From: an uncultured Verrucomicrobiae bacterium
GTDB lineage: Bacteria > Chlamydiota > Chlamydiia > Chlamydiales > Rhabdochlamydiaceae
Direction of reading: 5' to 3'
NCBI GenBank assembly: GCA_963718565.1
Contig: OY970364.1
Coordinates: forward strand, 384,001 to 448,000
Length of the DNA stretch: 64,000 bases
Of this stretch, positions 1 to 9,630 are shown in pieces. The notes below the pieces were generated by a model. It ran no database searches. It had not been told where the DNA came from and saw only the letters and a list, made by a program, of their open reading frames with translations. Position numbers and translations under genes: made by a program. Numbering within the stretch: position 1 is the stretch's first letter; every line of letters starts with the position of its first letter.

Positions 1-309
1 TCGAGTCGTCGAGCATCTGCCAAAGATTTTGCTAAATGGACCCGACAGCACTGGAGCATAGAAAACAAATGCCATTGGGTAGCTGATGTGATTTTTGAAG
101 AGGATTATGCATTGACGGATAGAGGGAATAGTGCGGAGAACATGGGGTTGTTTCGACGTTTGGCTATGAACATGGCTGCAGTTGTAGATCCAGAAAGGGG
201 GCTCGCCTCCGTAAGGCGCGCAGCAACTTTCGGTGGTGGGTACTTAAAGGGAATTTTGGCAACATTTTTCTGTTCGAAAATGTCAAAACATTTTAGTTAA
301 ATGGCCCTG
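1..309 (+). mobile_element. ISAs1-family IS, right part (transposase C-terminus and right TIR), cut by the window edge
   Basis: Reads as identical to 38055-38363; ends in TTTTAGTTAAATGGCCCTG; HWSIEN motif. Confidence 0.93.
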
Positions 310-574
310 AATCACCATCTTGTGAGAATACATGTCCTAATATTTTTGCTCGAAATGTGGCCTTCTCCTCCGGGATTAAGTTATCGTGATCCTTGCAATG
401 AAATTTGTTGCTTATATTCTTGCTGTAACCATAATTAAAATTCCATGATAGCCAATTAAAGAATTCTTTAAAAAATTCTTTAAAAAATTGAAAGACATCA
501 TCAAGAAAGTCTTTATATTCTAGTTGTTCAGGATGATAGTGATAAGTAGTGCCTGTGGGGATTATAGTTATCAT
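293..574 (-). pseudogene. AT-rich hypothetical gene truncated by the ISAs1 insertion
   Basis: The ORF runs into the IS right TIR, which supplies the last residues and the stop. Confidence 0.5.
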
Positions 575-873
575 AGTATGCTTATTTTATATTGCTTTAT
601 AGATGAATTATATAATAATTCTTAATTGTTATAAACATTTTTTATTTGAGGGTATAGAAATGAATAAATGACTGATTATCAACATCTTATTGCTTCTAAG
701 AGGCGCTTGCTTTCTTTATAATAAGTCTCTTATTCTCATAAACTAAGGTTGTTTCTGAAACATAATTAAAATAAATAAAAAATTCTTAAATTTATATTTG
801 TTTTTTTCATATAATCACAGATATATTTAAAAAACTGATTTATAAAATAATATATTTTTAGTAATAAAATTTT

Positions 874-1635
874 ATGATTTCTTTAAATAATACCCAAGAT
901 TTCGAAAAGTATTATGGATGGAATGTTGTCTCTCAAACACCTATTCAGCAAAATGGAAATACTTATTATGAAATCGAGTTTCAGAGCCCTTGGGGATATG
1001 GGAATTGTGTCATGGAAAGCCAGCAAAGTGTAGAAGAGTATCTCATTTCTCTTATAGAAAAGAGTAAGCCAATCGAAGAGCTCTATCAATTAGCAGTTGT
1101 AATAAATAATAAAGTTACAAAAAATAATATTCAGATAAAATTGGATCGTAATATAACATTTGTAGCCTATACTCTTTTGGAAAATGGGTCAATTTCTCTT
1201 AAGTTTGGCTACTCCTTGCATGTTCTTTTTATTTATTTAGTGTTTGAGCTTACAAATGTCACATCCATTGATGCTCTAAGAGAGTTGAATAATCCGAAAG
1301 TCGTGAACAATCTGGAAAAAGAAGAGTATGTTAAAACCCTTGAATCTCTAGAGTTTGATGGCATGCAAAAATGCATGACACTTTTTCGCCAGGCGATAGA
1401 AAACAGTGGATGGAGTCCTCAACTTTGTAATGGCATAAAAGTACTGTGCGATGCAGAGGTAAAGTATGGGCCTCATGCTCGTTTTAATTGGGAAGAGATA
1501 AAAAATAGTGCACATGCAAATTTTTACCGACGACAGTACGAGTTATTAAAGAAGCTTTCACATCAAGTCTTGGGAAGAGAATCTTCGCAGCTTCACCCAA
1601 GTTCTGTTGAAAAAGAGGCGCCGTCCCTAACTTGA
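874..1635 (+). CDS. hypothetical protein (AT-rich, possible effector)
   Basis: 253-aa ORF after a long AT-rich intergenic region; no family recognised. Confidence 0.7.
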   Translation: MISLNNTQDFEKYYGWNVVSQTPIQQNGNTYYEIEFQSPWGYGNCVMESQQSVEEYLISLIEKSKPIEELYQLAVVINNKVTKNNIQIKLDRNITFVAYTLLENGSISLKFGYSLHVLFIYLVFELTNVTSIDALRELNNPKVVNNLEKEEYVKTLESLEFDGMQKCMTLFRQAIENSGWSPQLCNGIKVLCDAEVKYGPHARFNWEEIKNSAHANFYRRQYELLKKLSHQVLGRESSQLHPSSVEKEAPSLT

Positions 1636-1647
1636 TCAAGTGTCTGA

Positions 1648-1974
1648 TCAAAAACAGCTCAAAAAAAGGTCCACTTCATGGGAGGTGTCTTTGAGTGCGA
1701 TCAAAAAAGAGATGCGCTGCATTTGAGGAGCCATGACAGGAACCTCCGTTAAGTCAACGACCGCAGCTTTCAAATAGGAATCATGCGGGGTGATCTTGAA
1801 GTGATTTTTGCTGATATAATCAATCATGTCTTCTGCAATCTCTTCTAGCTGTTCTCGTGTGGGAGTGAATTGTTCATCTTTTTGCATTTTAGTGACTAAT
1901 GCATCGACGCGGCTTTTAAGCTTAAACGCCTCTTTAGTGTGTGGGGTCGGTTTTGGAGTTGGAAGGGCACCCAT
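1648..1974 (-). CDS. hypothetical protein
   Basis: 108-aa ORF with a GGAGA RBS-like sequence upstream. Confidence 0.6.
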   Translation of the reverse strand: MGALPTPKPTPHTKEAFKLKSRVDALVTKMQKDEQFTPTREQLEEIAEDMIDYISKNHFKITPHDSYLKAAVVDLTEVPVMAPQMQRISFLIALKDTSHEVDLFLSCF

Positions 1975-2087
1975 AGTTCTCTCCCTAGTTTGTTTTCCTA
2001 TTTTTATTATTTTATTTTTTGATAATTAAATTCAAACAAAATTGGGATTCTACGTTTTAATTTTACTTATATTCAAGAAGATGAGAA

Positions 2088-2804
2088 TTATAGATATTGC
2101 TGAATTATGCTCAATGCGGAAAGGGAGGCTGTCTCAGCGCGGAGGGTGTTAGAATGAAGCCTCATTCCTTTGGCTTTGAGACAGTTCTGCAAAAATTCGC
2201 ATTCTTTGCTATGGAACCCGCTTTCGGGACCAATAAACAGAACAACGGGAGCGGGAAGGGGCAAAGCCAAATGCAGTTCCCAAAGGTATGGGGCATCCTC
2301 CTGGGCATCTCCAAACAGCGGGGTTCCGGAGATTGGGGCCCATTTCAAAAGAGGCGGTTTACATGCAATCTTAGGGAGATCCAGCCTTCCGCATTGCTTC
2401 ATTGCGGCGATGGAAAGGTGCGTAAGTCGTGCTGATTGCGCCTCAGATAATTGCTCTTTTTCGCTCAACATGCCAGGAAATAGCCAGAAAGCTGAGACCC
2501 CGAGTTCTGTCCCTTTTTCAATGATCCATTCGAGAAGGTTCATGCGGGGCAAAGCTTGAGCGAGGATGAGTGGAGTTTTTTGAGGGCTCCCTTCGCTGAT
2601 TTGAACCAGATGCAGTTTAGCCTCATCTTTTTTCAGTGCGATGAGATCGGCTTTAGCGAGCTGCCCTCGTCCATTGACCATCTCGACGCGATCCCCAGTT
2701 CTTGCGCGTGCAACACGCGACAGATGATGAAGTTCATCCCCTGCAAGGACAACGGTTGCATTTTCCTGGAACGGCTCATCGAGAAAATAGCGGTTATGAG
2801 GCAT
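2088..2804 (-). CDS. rsmE: 16S rRNA m3U1498 methyltransferase RsmE
   Basis: HHLSRVAR, IIEKGTELGV, AAMKQCGR, FIGPESGF and LRAETA motifs. Confidence 0.93.
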   Translation of the reverse strand: MPHNRYFLDEPFQENATVVLAGDELHHLSRVARARTGDRVEMVNGRGQLAKADLIALKKDEAKLHLVQISEGSPQKTPLILAQALPRMNLLEWIIEKGTELGVSAFWLFPGMLSEKEQLSEAQSARLTHLSIAAMKQCGRLDLPKIACKPPLLKWAPISGTPLFGDAQEDAPYLWELHLALPLPAPVVLFIGPESGFHSKECEFLQNCLKAKGMRLHSNTLRAETASLSALSIIQQYL

Positions 2805-4059
2805 GGCGCAAGACCGCTTTCTTTAAAACTTCAGCAAAAAGGGTTCCCTTGGCTACATTAGCTTCCCTGTATAACTCCTCTAAAGAGATCACTTGAAAAG
2901 CGGCAAGTTTTTTGAAATGGGGTCCCACTTTTTTCGAGGAAGAAAGATTGAATACAAGCTTAAACCGATAATCCCTTTTTAACAGCTCGCTCTCCTGCGA
3001 ATAGGGGGTAATGTCTGCGTCTTCCAGATGGACGTCTTTCACAAAATCCTGGGGTGCATAAACGGTGATAAATTCGAGAGGATAGATTTCACGGAAAGTA
3101 GAAAGGGCGCAAAGAAGCGGCTGAATCATTTGCTCTTCGGAAGGTAGAATGACGAGGATTGCCTCATAACGAAATTTCTCTTTAAGTTTTTCCGGAGTTT
3201 GCTGCTTCCAGCGATTATGCGACCAGAGCCATTGTCCAGGCTCTTCTTTAATGCTCGCTTCAAGATAAGCAAGAGCGGCTTTCATCAAACGATCGATCTC
3301 TTGATCCAGGGGTGCTTCCTGATTAGGCCAGATGGGGTCGGAGTAATGCGTATAGTATTTGCCATCCCTTCTTCGAGTAGTGGCCACCATGATCGGCGAC
3401 CCTGTTCGATGCGAAAGAATAGCGGGGATAGGAGACGTCCAAGCTTTTCTCCCAAAAAAAGGACTGGAATACCCGCTGTTCGGCATTCCTTGATCGCCGA
3501 CAATGCCCAAAAATGCTCCCTTTTTTAGGCCTCTCAACCCTTCGCGGATTGCATTGTGCGGAGCGATGATTTTCCCCCCATATTTCTGACGGATGGAGAG
3601 CACCCAGTTGTAGAGATTGATATTTTTGATAGGGCGGCCAATAGCAACTCCTGGCATTCGGCGTGTTCCTTCGAGAAATAAGACTTCCCAGTTAGATTGA
3701 TGGCCGCAGAAAAAGATCACCGGTTTATTGTCTTTCATGAATTGATCCGCAGGCTTAGGGTTGATGCAAGTGGCAACCCGGTGAATCTCCTTTTCCGAAG
3801 AAAGTTTAGCGTACTCAAGACAGGTGATCACCAAATTATGAAGAGAAGCTTTTGCGAATTTCTGAATCTGTTCTTCAGTCAATTGCAGGGAAGAAGCGAG
3901 TGCAAGATTGCTCAAAGCTCGTTTGCGGAATTTAGGAATGCAATAATAGGCGCAAGTCCCCAAAAGCATCCCTAAGCGATGAATTGCCGAGTAGGGGAGA
4001 TAGCGGAGAGGCCAGGTCAAAACAAGGACGGAAATGAAAAAAAATTTATGCAGCATCAT
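2794..4059 (-). CDS. htrB: lipid A late acyltransferase (HtrB/LpxL family) with chlamydial C-terminal extension
   Basis: GHQSNWE, VGDQ, PFFG and QWLWSHNRWK motifs. Confidence 0.88.
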   Translation of the reverse strand: MMLHKFFFISVLVLTWPLRYLPYSAIHRLGMLLGTCAYYCIPKFRKRALSNLALASSLQLTEEQIQKFAKASLHNLVITCLEYAKLSSEKEIHRVATCINPKPADQFMKDNKPVIFFCGHQSNWEVLFLEGTRRMPGVAIGRPIKNINLYNWVLSIRQKYGGKIIAPHNAIREGLRGLKKGAFLGIVGDQGMPNSGYSSPFFGRKAWTSPIPAILSHRTGSPIMVATTRRRDGKYYTHYSDPIWPNQEAPLDQEIDRLMKAALAYLEASIKEEPGQWLWSHNRWKQQTPEKLKEKFRYEAILVILPSEEQMIQPLLCALSTFREIYPLEFITVYAPQDFVKDVHLEDADITPYSQESELLKRDYRFKLVFNLSSSKKVGPHFKKLAAFQVISLEELYREANVAKGTLFAEVLKKAVLRHAS

Positions 4060-4111
4060 GCAATCATGATACCAGGAATCACGATTGTTTTCGAAGCTGC
4101 TGAAATTTTCT

Positions 4112-4300
4112 TTAAGCTTCTGGAGTCCCTATTTTTAACAATTCAGCGATCTCTTGAAAAAAAATGTCCGAGGCAGCTAAGCCTGATAAAATTTCAAAGA
4201 ATACATCTAGGGATACATTTGAGGTGGTTAGAGGATAGACCTGTAGTACAGCAACGACAGGATTTGAATCGATTGTTTTAAGACTTAGACTGGTGGTCAT
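4112..4300 (-). pseudogene. truncated paralogue of the F-box/WD40 gene (N-terminus and start of F-box)
   Basis: SNPVVAVxQVYPLTTSNVxLDVFF nearly identical to 4518-5726; upstream region also duplicated. Confidence 0.75.
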
Positions 4301-4517
4301 AATTTAAACATAATACTTAAAGTTTTTATTTTTATAAATGATTGTTTTTAAAAAAGCAAACTGTTTAAAGATAATTGTATTTTAATTAAGAAATAAATTC
4401 AACATTAAAATGTTGTAATCTCTCAAAATAACACAATATAATAAAAATTATTTTAAAAATGTGAAAGTCATAAAATTGTATCAATTCCCTCTAAGGTCCA
4501 GTCATACTGGATTCGTA

Positions 4518-5726
4518 CTAGGATTTTATTATAAAGTCCCGGACTTCGATGGTGCCATCATAAAGACCAGCAAGCAATTTCCCGCCAGCAAAGGCAAGGG
4601 AGAAGGCAGGACTAAAACCTGATTTTCCATCTCGATCTCGAGGAAGAGTTACGCATTTACCTGTTTGTATATCCCAGATCTTGATCGTGCCGTCCCAAGA
4701 GCTTGAAAAGAGTTTCTCGGCGCCGGCAAAAGCAAAGGAGAGAAAAGCAAGGGAGAGAATGGATCCTGCATGCCCTTCAAGAGTGGCTTTGCACTGACCT
4801 GTTTGTGTATCCCAGACCTTGATTGTTTTGTCCTTAGAGCCTGAACAGAGTGTGCTGTCAACAACGGTAAGGCAGCACACGTGGTCTGTATGTCCTCGAA
4901 GAGTGGCTATGCACTGACCTGTTTGTATATCCCAGGCTTTGATTGTTTTGTCCTGAGAGCCTGAGTAGAGTGTTTTGCCAACGAGGGCAAGACAAAGAAC
5001 TGGCTCTAAATGCCCTTCAAGAGTGGTTATGCACTGACCCGTTGGTATATCCCAGACCTTGATTGTGTTGTCCCAAGAACTTGAATAGAGCTTGTCAGCA
5101 ATAACGACGAGGCGGGAAACGGAGCCTTTATGCCCTTCAAGAATGGCTATGCATTGACCTGTTTGTATATCCCAGACCTTGATTGCGTGGTCCCGAGAGC
5201 CTGAATAGAGTGTCTTGTCACCAGCGAGGGCGAGGCAAACGACTGGCTCTATATTTTGAAGAGTGCCTCTGCACTCACCTGTTTTTACATCCCAGATGTT
5301 GATTGTTTTGTCCCAAGAGCCTGAACAGAGTGTATTACCAGTAGTAGTAATGGCGAGGGAGGAAACTCCGCTCTCATGTTTACGGAAAGTCTTCAAAACA
5401 TACTTCCCTTCTCTAAGATTTAAATAAAAAGTTTCGTAGGTGCTCCTAAACTCTTTATCTTTAATAGTTCTGGGATCCACAGTTGAAAAATCCTTTTCAA
5501 ACAATGTGCGCCAAAGATAAGTGAGCCGAAAACAATCCTCATTATTTAGCATCAAGTTCCAGGATTTACAGACAAATCCACATTTGACAATGCCCGAGGC
5601 AGCTAAGTATGATAAAATTTTAAAGAATACATCTAGGGGTACATTTGAGGTGGTTAGAGGATAGACCTGTGGTACAGCAACGACAGGATTTGAATGATTT
5701 TTTTCAGAACTTGTAGTGATGGCCAT
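4518..5726 (-). CDS. F-box/WD40-repeat protein (eukaryote-like, candidate effector)
   Basis: F-box PLDVFFKILSYL...VCKSW followed by about 7 GH...SGSxDxTIKVWD repeats. Confidence 0.9.
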   Translation of the reverse strand: MAITTSSEKNHSNPVVAVPQVYPLTTSNVPLDVFFKILSYLAASGIVKCGFVCKSWNLMLNNEDCFRLTYLWRTLFEKDFSTVDPRTIKDKEFRSTYETFYLNLREGKYVLKTFRKHESGVSSLAITTTGNTLCSGSWDKTINIWDVKTGECRGTLQNIEPVVCLALAGDKTLYSGSRDHAIKVWDIQTGQCIAILEGHKGSVSRLVVIADKLYSSSWDNTIKVWDIPTGQCITTLEGHLEPVLCLALVGKTLYSGSQDKTIKAWDIQTGQCIATLRGHTDHVCCLTVVDSTLCSGSKDKTIKVWDTQTGQCKATLEGHAGSILSLAFLSFAFAGAEKLFSSSWDGTIKIWDIQTGKCVTLPRDRDGKSGFSPAFSLAFAGGKLLAGLYDGTIEVRDFIIKS

Positions 5727-6067
5727 AATTTAAACCTAATATTTAAAGTCTTTTATTTTGTAGATGATTGTTTTTAAAAAGAAAATCGTTTAAAGATAAT
5801 TATATTTTAAATAAAAAATAAATTCAACATTAAACGCATTAAAATGCCGTATTCCCTCTAATGGCAGAGTTAATCGTGGATAAGGATCATAATGTAAACC
5901 TAATATTGAAAGTTTTTATTGCAATTTTATAAATGTTTGTTTTTTAAAAAACAAATCGTTTAAATATGATTATATTTTAAATAAAAAATAAATTCAACAT
6001 TAAAGTCGTATTCCCCTCCAAATAACACAATATAATAAAAATTATTTGAAAAATGGGGTTATTTGAT

Positions 6068-6158
6068 GAGGGAATTGCAAAACTCCTCGCCAGCAGAAAA
6101 TCGATTTGGCAAAGTCGCAGCTTGTCAAAATTCGCCAAACCTAACCGCGCGCCGTATA
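6068..6158. mobile_element. hybrid MITE (family A end fused to family C end)
   Basis: GAGGGAATTGCAAAACTCCTCGCCAGCAGAAAATCGAT joined to ...CCAAACCTAACCGCGCGCCGTATA. Confidence 0.8.
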
Positions 6159-7303
6159 ATCGTGGATGCGGTGATGGATCTTATCTGATTGGAAAAATCG
6201 AGGTGTTTAACGGTTTGTCGTATCAAACTGGCACTCTTTGCTGTTTTGCGAAAGTTGAGCGCTGCTCTTAACACCTGAGAAAAAGAAACGGGATCGTCTA
6301 AAGATTCAATCACCGCCCCATTCTCCTGATTAAGGATTTCATGGCCCCCATTCGATGTTGAGGAAATCGTAAACAACCCCATCGCTAGAGCTTCTACTGT
6401 GACATTGGCAAAAGGATCATAGAGAGAAGGGATAATGAGGCAGTCGGCCATTTGATAAAAGCGCGCTGTCTGTTTTTGTGGACCGAAGAAAAAGACTTTT
6501 TGCGCAAGTCCTAATCGCTGAGAGAGCGCTTCAAAATAGGGGATGTTTTTATCTTTGCCGATCACACTGAGTTGGAAACGTTCATTTTTGATGGGGGCGA
6601 GTGCAAAAAGAAGTTTTTCCAGCCCTTTACGAAGAAAATTATGACCGACAAAGATCCATTGAAAAGCATTAGGATCTAACTTGAGCTCTTGAAGCGTTTT
6701 TTCTTTTTGAGATTCCCAGTGATCAAAAGCTTCTTGCATGGCATGCCATTCGACCCCGTTATGGACGACTTGAATTTTGTTTGGATCTGTACGATAGAAC
6801 CTTAGAATTTCCTGTTTGACCATGAAAGAATTGGTGAAAAGAACTTTTAAATTGGGATGTTCAAATCCTTTTTTTTCCAAAGAGAGGAGGGTTCGATGTA
6901 GGGGATTAATGGCAAAACTTAAACTTTTGGCAAAACCCTCTTCTTTCGAGCGGCGTGATAGATAGGCTGCGTGGGCGCCGTTGCCAGCGCGAATATGTGT
7001 TTGGAAGCGGTTGCGATCGAGTCCGAAAATGATTGGCGAGGGGTTCTTTGCCAGATATTCTGCGCAGGCTTTGTCAAAATGAACGACGTTCAAAACACTA
7101 AACAGATGATCGATAGGAAATGCGACCATCTTTAACTGGGGATGGGAAAAGGGCGTCTGCACAGATCCGCTGGTCAGTAGTGTGACATCACAGCCTTGGG
7201 CACAGAAATCGCGAGCGATTTCCCACGTGTATTTCTCTAACCCGCCTTGCTTAAAGAGTTCTGCTTTAATGAGTGTGACTGCAGGTTTATTTTTGCTGTT
7301 CAT
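6125..7303 (-). CDS. glycosyltransferase family 4 (WaaG/RfaG-like)
   Basis: GGLEKY, RKGL and PSLYDPFANVTVEALAMG motifs. Confidence 0.88.
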   Translation of the reverse strand: MNSKNKPAVTLIKAELFKQGGLEKYTWEIARDFCAQGCDVTLLTSGSVQTPFSHPQLKMVAFPIDHLFSVLNVVHFDKACAEYLAKNPSPIIFGLDRNRFQTHIRAGNGAHAAYLSRRSKEEGFAKSLSFAINPLHRTLLSLEKKGFEHPNLKVLFTNSFMVKQEILRFYRTDPNKIQVVHNGVEWHAMQEAFDHWESQKEKTLQELKLDPNAFQWIFVGHNFLRKGLEKLLFALAPIKNERFQLSVIGKDKNIPYFEALSQRLGLAQKVFFFGPQKQTARFYQMADCLIIPSLYDPFANVTVEALAMGLFTISSTSNGGHEILNQENGAVIESLDDPVSFSQVLRAALNFRKTAKSASLIRQTVKHLDFSNQIRSITASTIIRRAVRFGEF

Positions 7304-8579
7304 TTCTGCTAGATGGACTTTCTGTCAATGGAGCAGCTTCTTCGACTAAGATGTGATGATCTTTAATATGGATCGCCAATTCAAACTTGCTGTCATCAGA
7401 ACGAAACAGTTGAAAGCGGTTCATATAACTTCTGAATCGGTTGCGAAGATATTCCTCTCGCAAAGTTGGCTGAAGGACGCGTATATCGCGGTCAGAAACG
7501 TCGGACATTAATCTCGCAACGTATTTGTCTTCGAGCTGCCTTGGGTTGATAAATTGTACGCTCCAATCGAGGGTCTGACGGTCAGTTTTTTGTTCAGCGA
7601 TGACGACGATTTCGATCATATCTCTAACGGTGTGCAAAAAGAGATTGTCTACCCCATTGGCATAAAGGGGGAATGTGATGAGCGGCGCTCCCTGATTGAA
7701 ATGGACGAGATTATTCGGAGCGATCGAGACGTTTTGAGGGTTGAGGTTTTTTAAATTGTCAGGAGGAAAAAAGAGGGAAAGCTGGATAGGTGCCTCGACG
7801 GGGAGGAGATTGCAGCGAATAAAGTCGATCCGCAAGGCTTTGGCTTTAGGATCATCAATTTCTATTGGAGAATCGGAAAGGATGGGAATATTGATTTGTT
7901 TCCATGGATCAGGAACGAAGAAACTGACAACTTCAGAATTTTCGGACTTAGCCGAAAGTTCGTCCATTTGTGCTTTAGAGATGTCGTTCAAATTGAAAGT
8001 GATTCTTTGTTCTTTCGCTTTAAGCCGCTTGATGACCTCTTCTGGACCGCTTGCCGTCAGAGTCAAACGGTACGGCCATACATCGAGAAATTGATAGCCG
8101 CGGGGTGCCTCGCCGATAGGCTGTGTAATGACAATGGAGATTTGATCCGTCACGAGTTTGGTCATGCGGACGACGAAATTCGAGTGATAGACACGCGAAA
8201 TCCCATTGCTGATATCAATTTCAGGGTTGACCGAGAGCAAATTTTTCTTGCTCACAGTGACGATCCACTCATCAGGTTTGTCAGAGGCGTCGACGACGAT
8301 CTCCAAATCAGAAGGTGTTAATTCATCGATCAACGCCTTATTGCCGACAACTGTCAGCGTCAGTTTCTTTGCAAGCCGCCCATTTGCTTGCATCCCTTCC
8401 ACTGTTTTCCCAGGTGGCAAATGGACAATGCGTACAGGGACATTACTAATATTTCTTGTCGCGGTTAGAGTGTGATTGACGACCAGCCAAATAATCACGG
8501 CCAAAATGATAGAAACTAATTTACGGGGCCAGTGCTCAATGAATAGTTTATAGAGTAAAGTTTTCATGTCTTCAGCCAC
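7287..8579 (-). CDS. ybbR: YbbR/CdaR-like diadenylate cyclase regulator
   Basis: N-terminal TM KLVSIILAVIIW; directly downstream of dacA as in Chlamydia. Confidence 0.8.
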   Translation of the reverse strand: MAEDMKTLLYKLFIEHWPRKLVSIILAVIIWLVVNHTLTATRNISNVPVRIVHLPPGKTVEGMQANGRLAKKLTLTVVGNKALIDELTPSDLEIVVDASDKPDEWIVTVSKKNLLSVNPEIDISNGISRVYHSNFVVRMTKLVTDQISIVITQPIGEAPRGYQFLDVWPYRLTLTASGPEEVIKRLKAKEQRITFNLNDISKAQMDELSAKSENSEVVSFFVPDPWKQINIPILSDSPIEIDDPKAKALRIDFIRCNLLPVEAPIQLSLFFPPDNLKNLNPQNVSIAPNNLVHFNQGAPLITFPLYANGVDNLFLHTVRDMIEIVVIAEQKTDRQTLDWSVQFINPRQLEDKYVARLMSDVSDRDIRVLQPTLREEYLRNRFRSYMNRFQLFRSDDSKFELAIHIKDHHILVEEAAPLTESPSSRNEQQK

Positions 8580-9364
8580 TCACGCAAATTAAATTGACTT
8601 TTGAAATCGGTTTTTTGAGGTGAGGTAAAGATGCTGCGGATAATGCCTTTGAACCGATCGATTTTGACACCTGGGGTCATGACTCCATCTCGTGCAAGAG
8701 AGACTTTTCCCATTTCTTCGGAGATCACAATGATCATGGCATCCGTCATTTGGCTAGCTCCGAGGCCTGCGCGGTGGCGCGTCCCCATCGAACGCGTCAA
8801 TTGGGAGCCATCTTCGGCAAGAGGCAAGATGACCGCCGCTGCCACGATCGTCATATCACGGATGATCACAGCCCCATCGTGTAAAGGCGTGGTCGTCGCA
8901 AAAATCGATTCGAGGAGCTCCGAGGAAAAATTAGCGTTGAGAATGACTGCCTTGTTGGCAAATTCATCCAAAGAATCTTCATGTTGCAGCACGATTAAAG
9001 CGCCAATGCGTTTTTCAGCGAGGCGGTATGTGGAATTTGCAAGTTGATCTAAAAATTTATCGAACTCGGTGAGTTCTTTATAACGGCGGCCTTTAAGGCT
9101 AAGCTTAGACAGGGCAACCCGAAGCTCTGGCTGAAAGATAATCAGGATCGCAATGACCGCAACGTTTCCGATCAATACCATGATCTTGTGGAGGATGGGC
9201 AAATTTAGCCATGAAGAAATGGCAAAGATCAAAAGAAAAGCGAGCAACCCCAGAACAAGGTCCATCGAGCGGGTATTCCAGAAGAAGGAAAGCAAATAAT
9301 TGAGCAGCACCGAAATGATGATGATTTCAATAAAAGGAGTAAAGCCATGGAATAGCGGACTCAT
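8564..9364 (-). CDS. dacA: diadenylate cyclase CdaA/DacA
   Basis: Three TM helices; PLHDGA and GTRHRA motifs. Confidence 0.95.
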   Translation of the reverse strand: MSPLFHGFTPFIEIIIISVLLNYLLSFFWNTRSMDLVLGLLAFLLIFAISSWLNLPILHKIMVLIGNVAVIAILIIFQPELRVALSKLSLKGRRYKELTEFDKFLDQLANSTYRLAEKRIGALIVLQHEDSLDEFANKAVILNANFSSELLESIFATTTPLHDGAVIIRDMTIVAAAVILPLAEDGSQLTRSMGTRHRAGLGASQMTDAMIIVISEEMGKVSLARDGVMTPGVKIDRFKGIIRSIFTSPQKTDFKSQFNLREWLKT

Positions 9365-9630
9365 TTCTTCATTAACCCTTAAGGAGTGTGTTTGGAGGGA
9401 ATTGCAAGGCTGTTCTGCAAATCTTTAAGTTCATAATGTACCAAATTTCTCTATGAATCACAATTTGAAAATCAAGCCTTCTGACAAACGGGACTTTAGC
9501 TAGACATCAAAAAATAAATTTGAAAGATAAAGTGTACATCATGCCTCAAAAGAAATTTACCGAAGGAGAATTTTTTTCTCTGTGGTCTTCGTGTTCCCGA
9601 GCTTGCGAAGCGGGTGGTTAAATATCTTCA

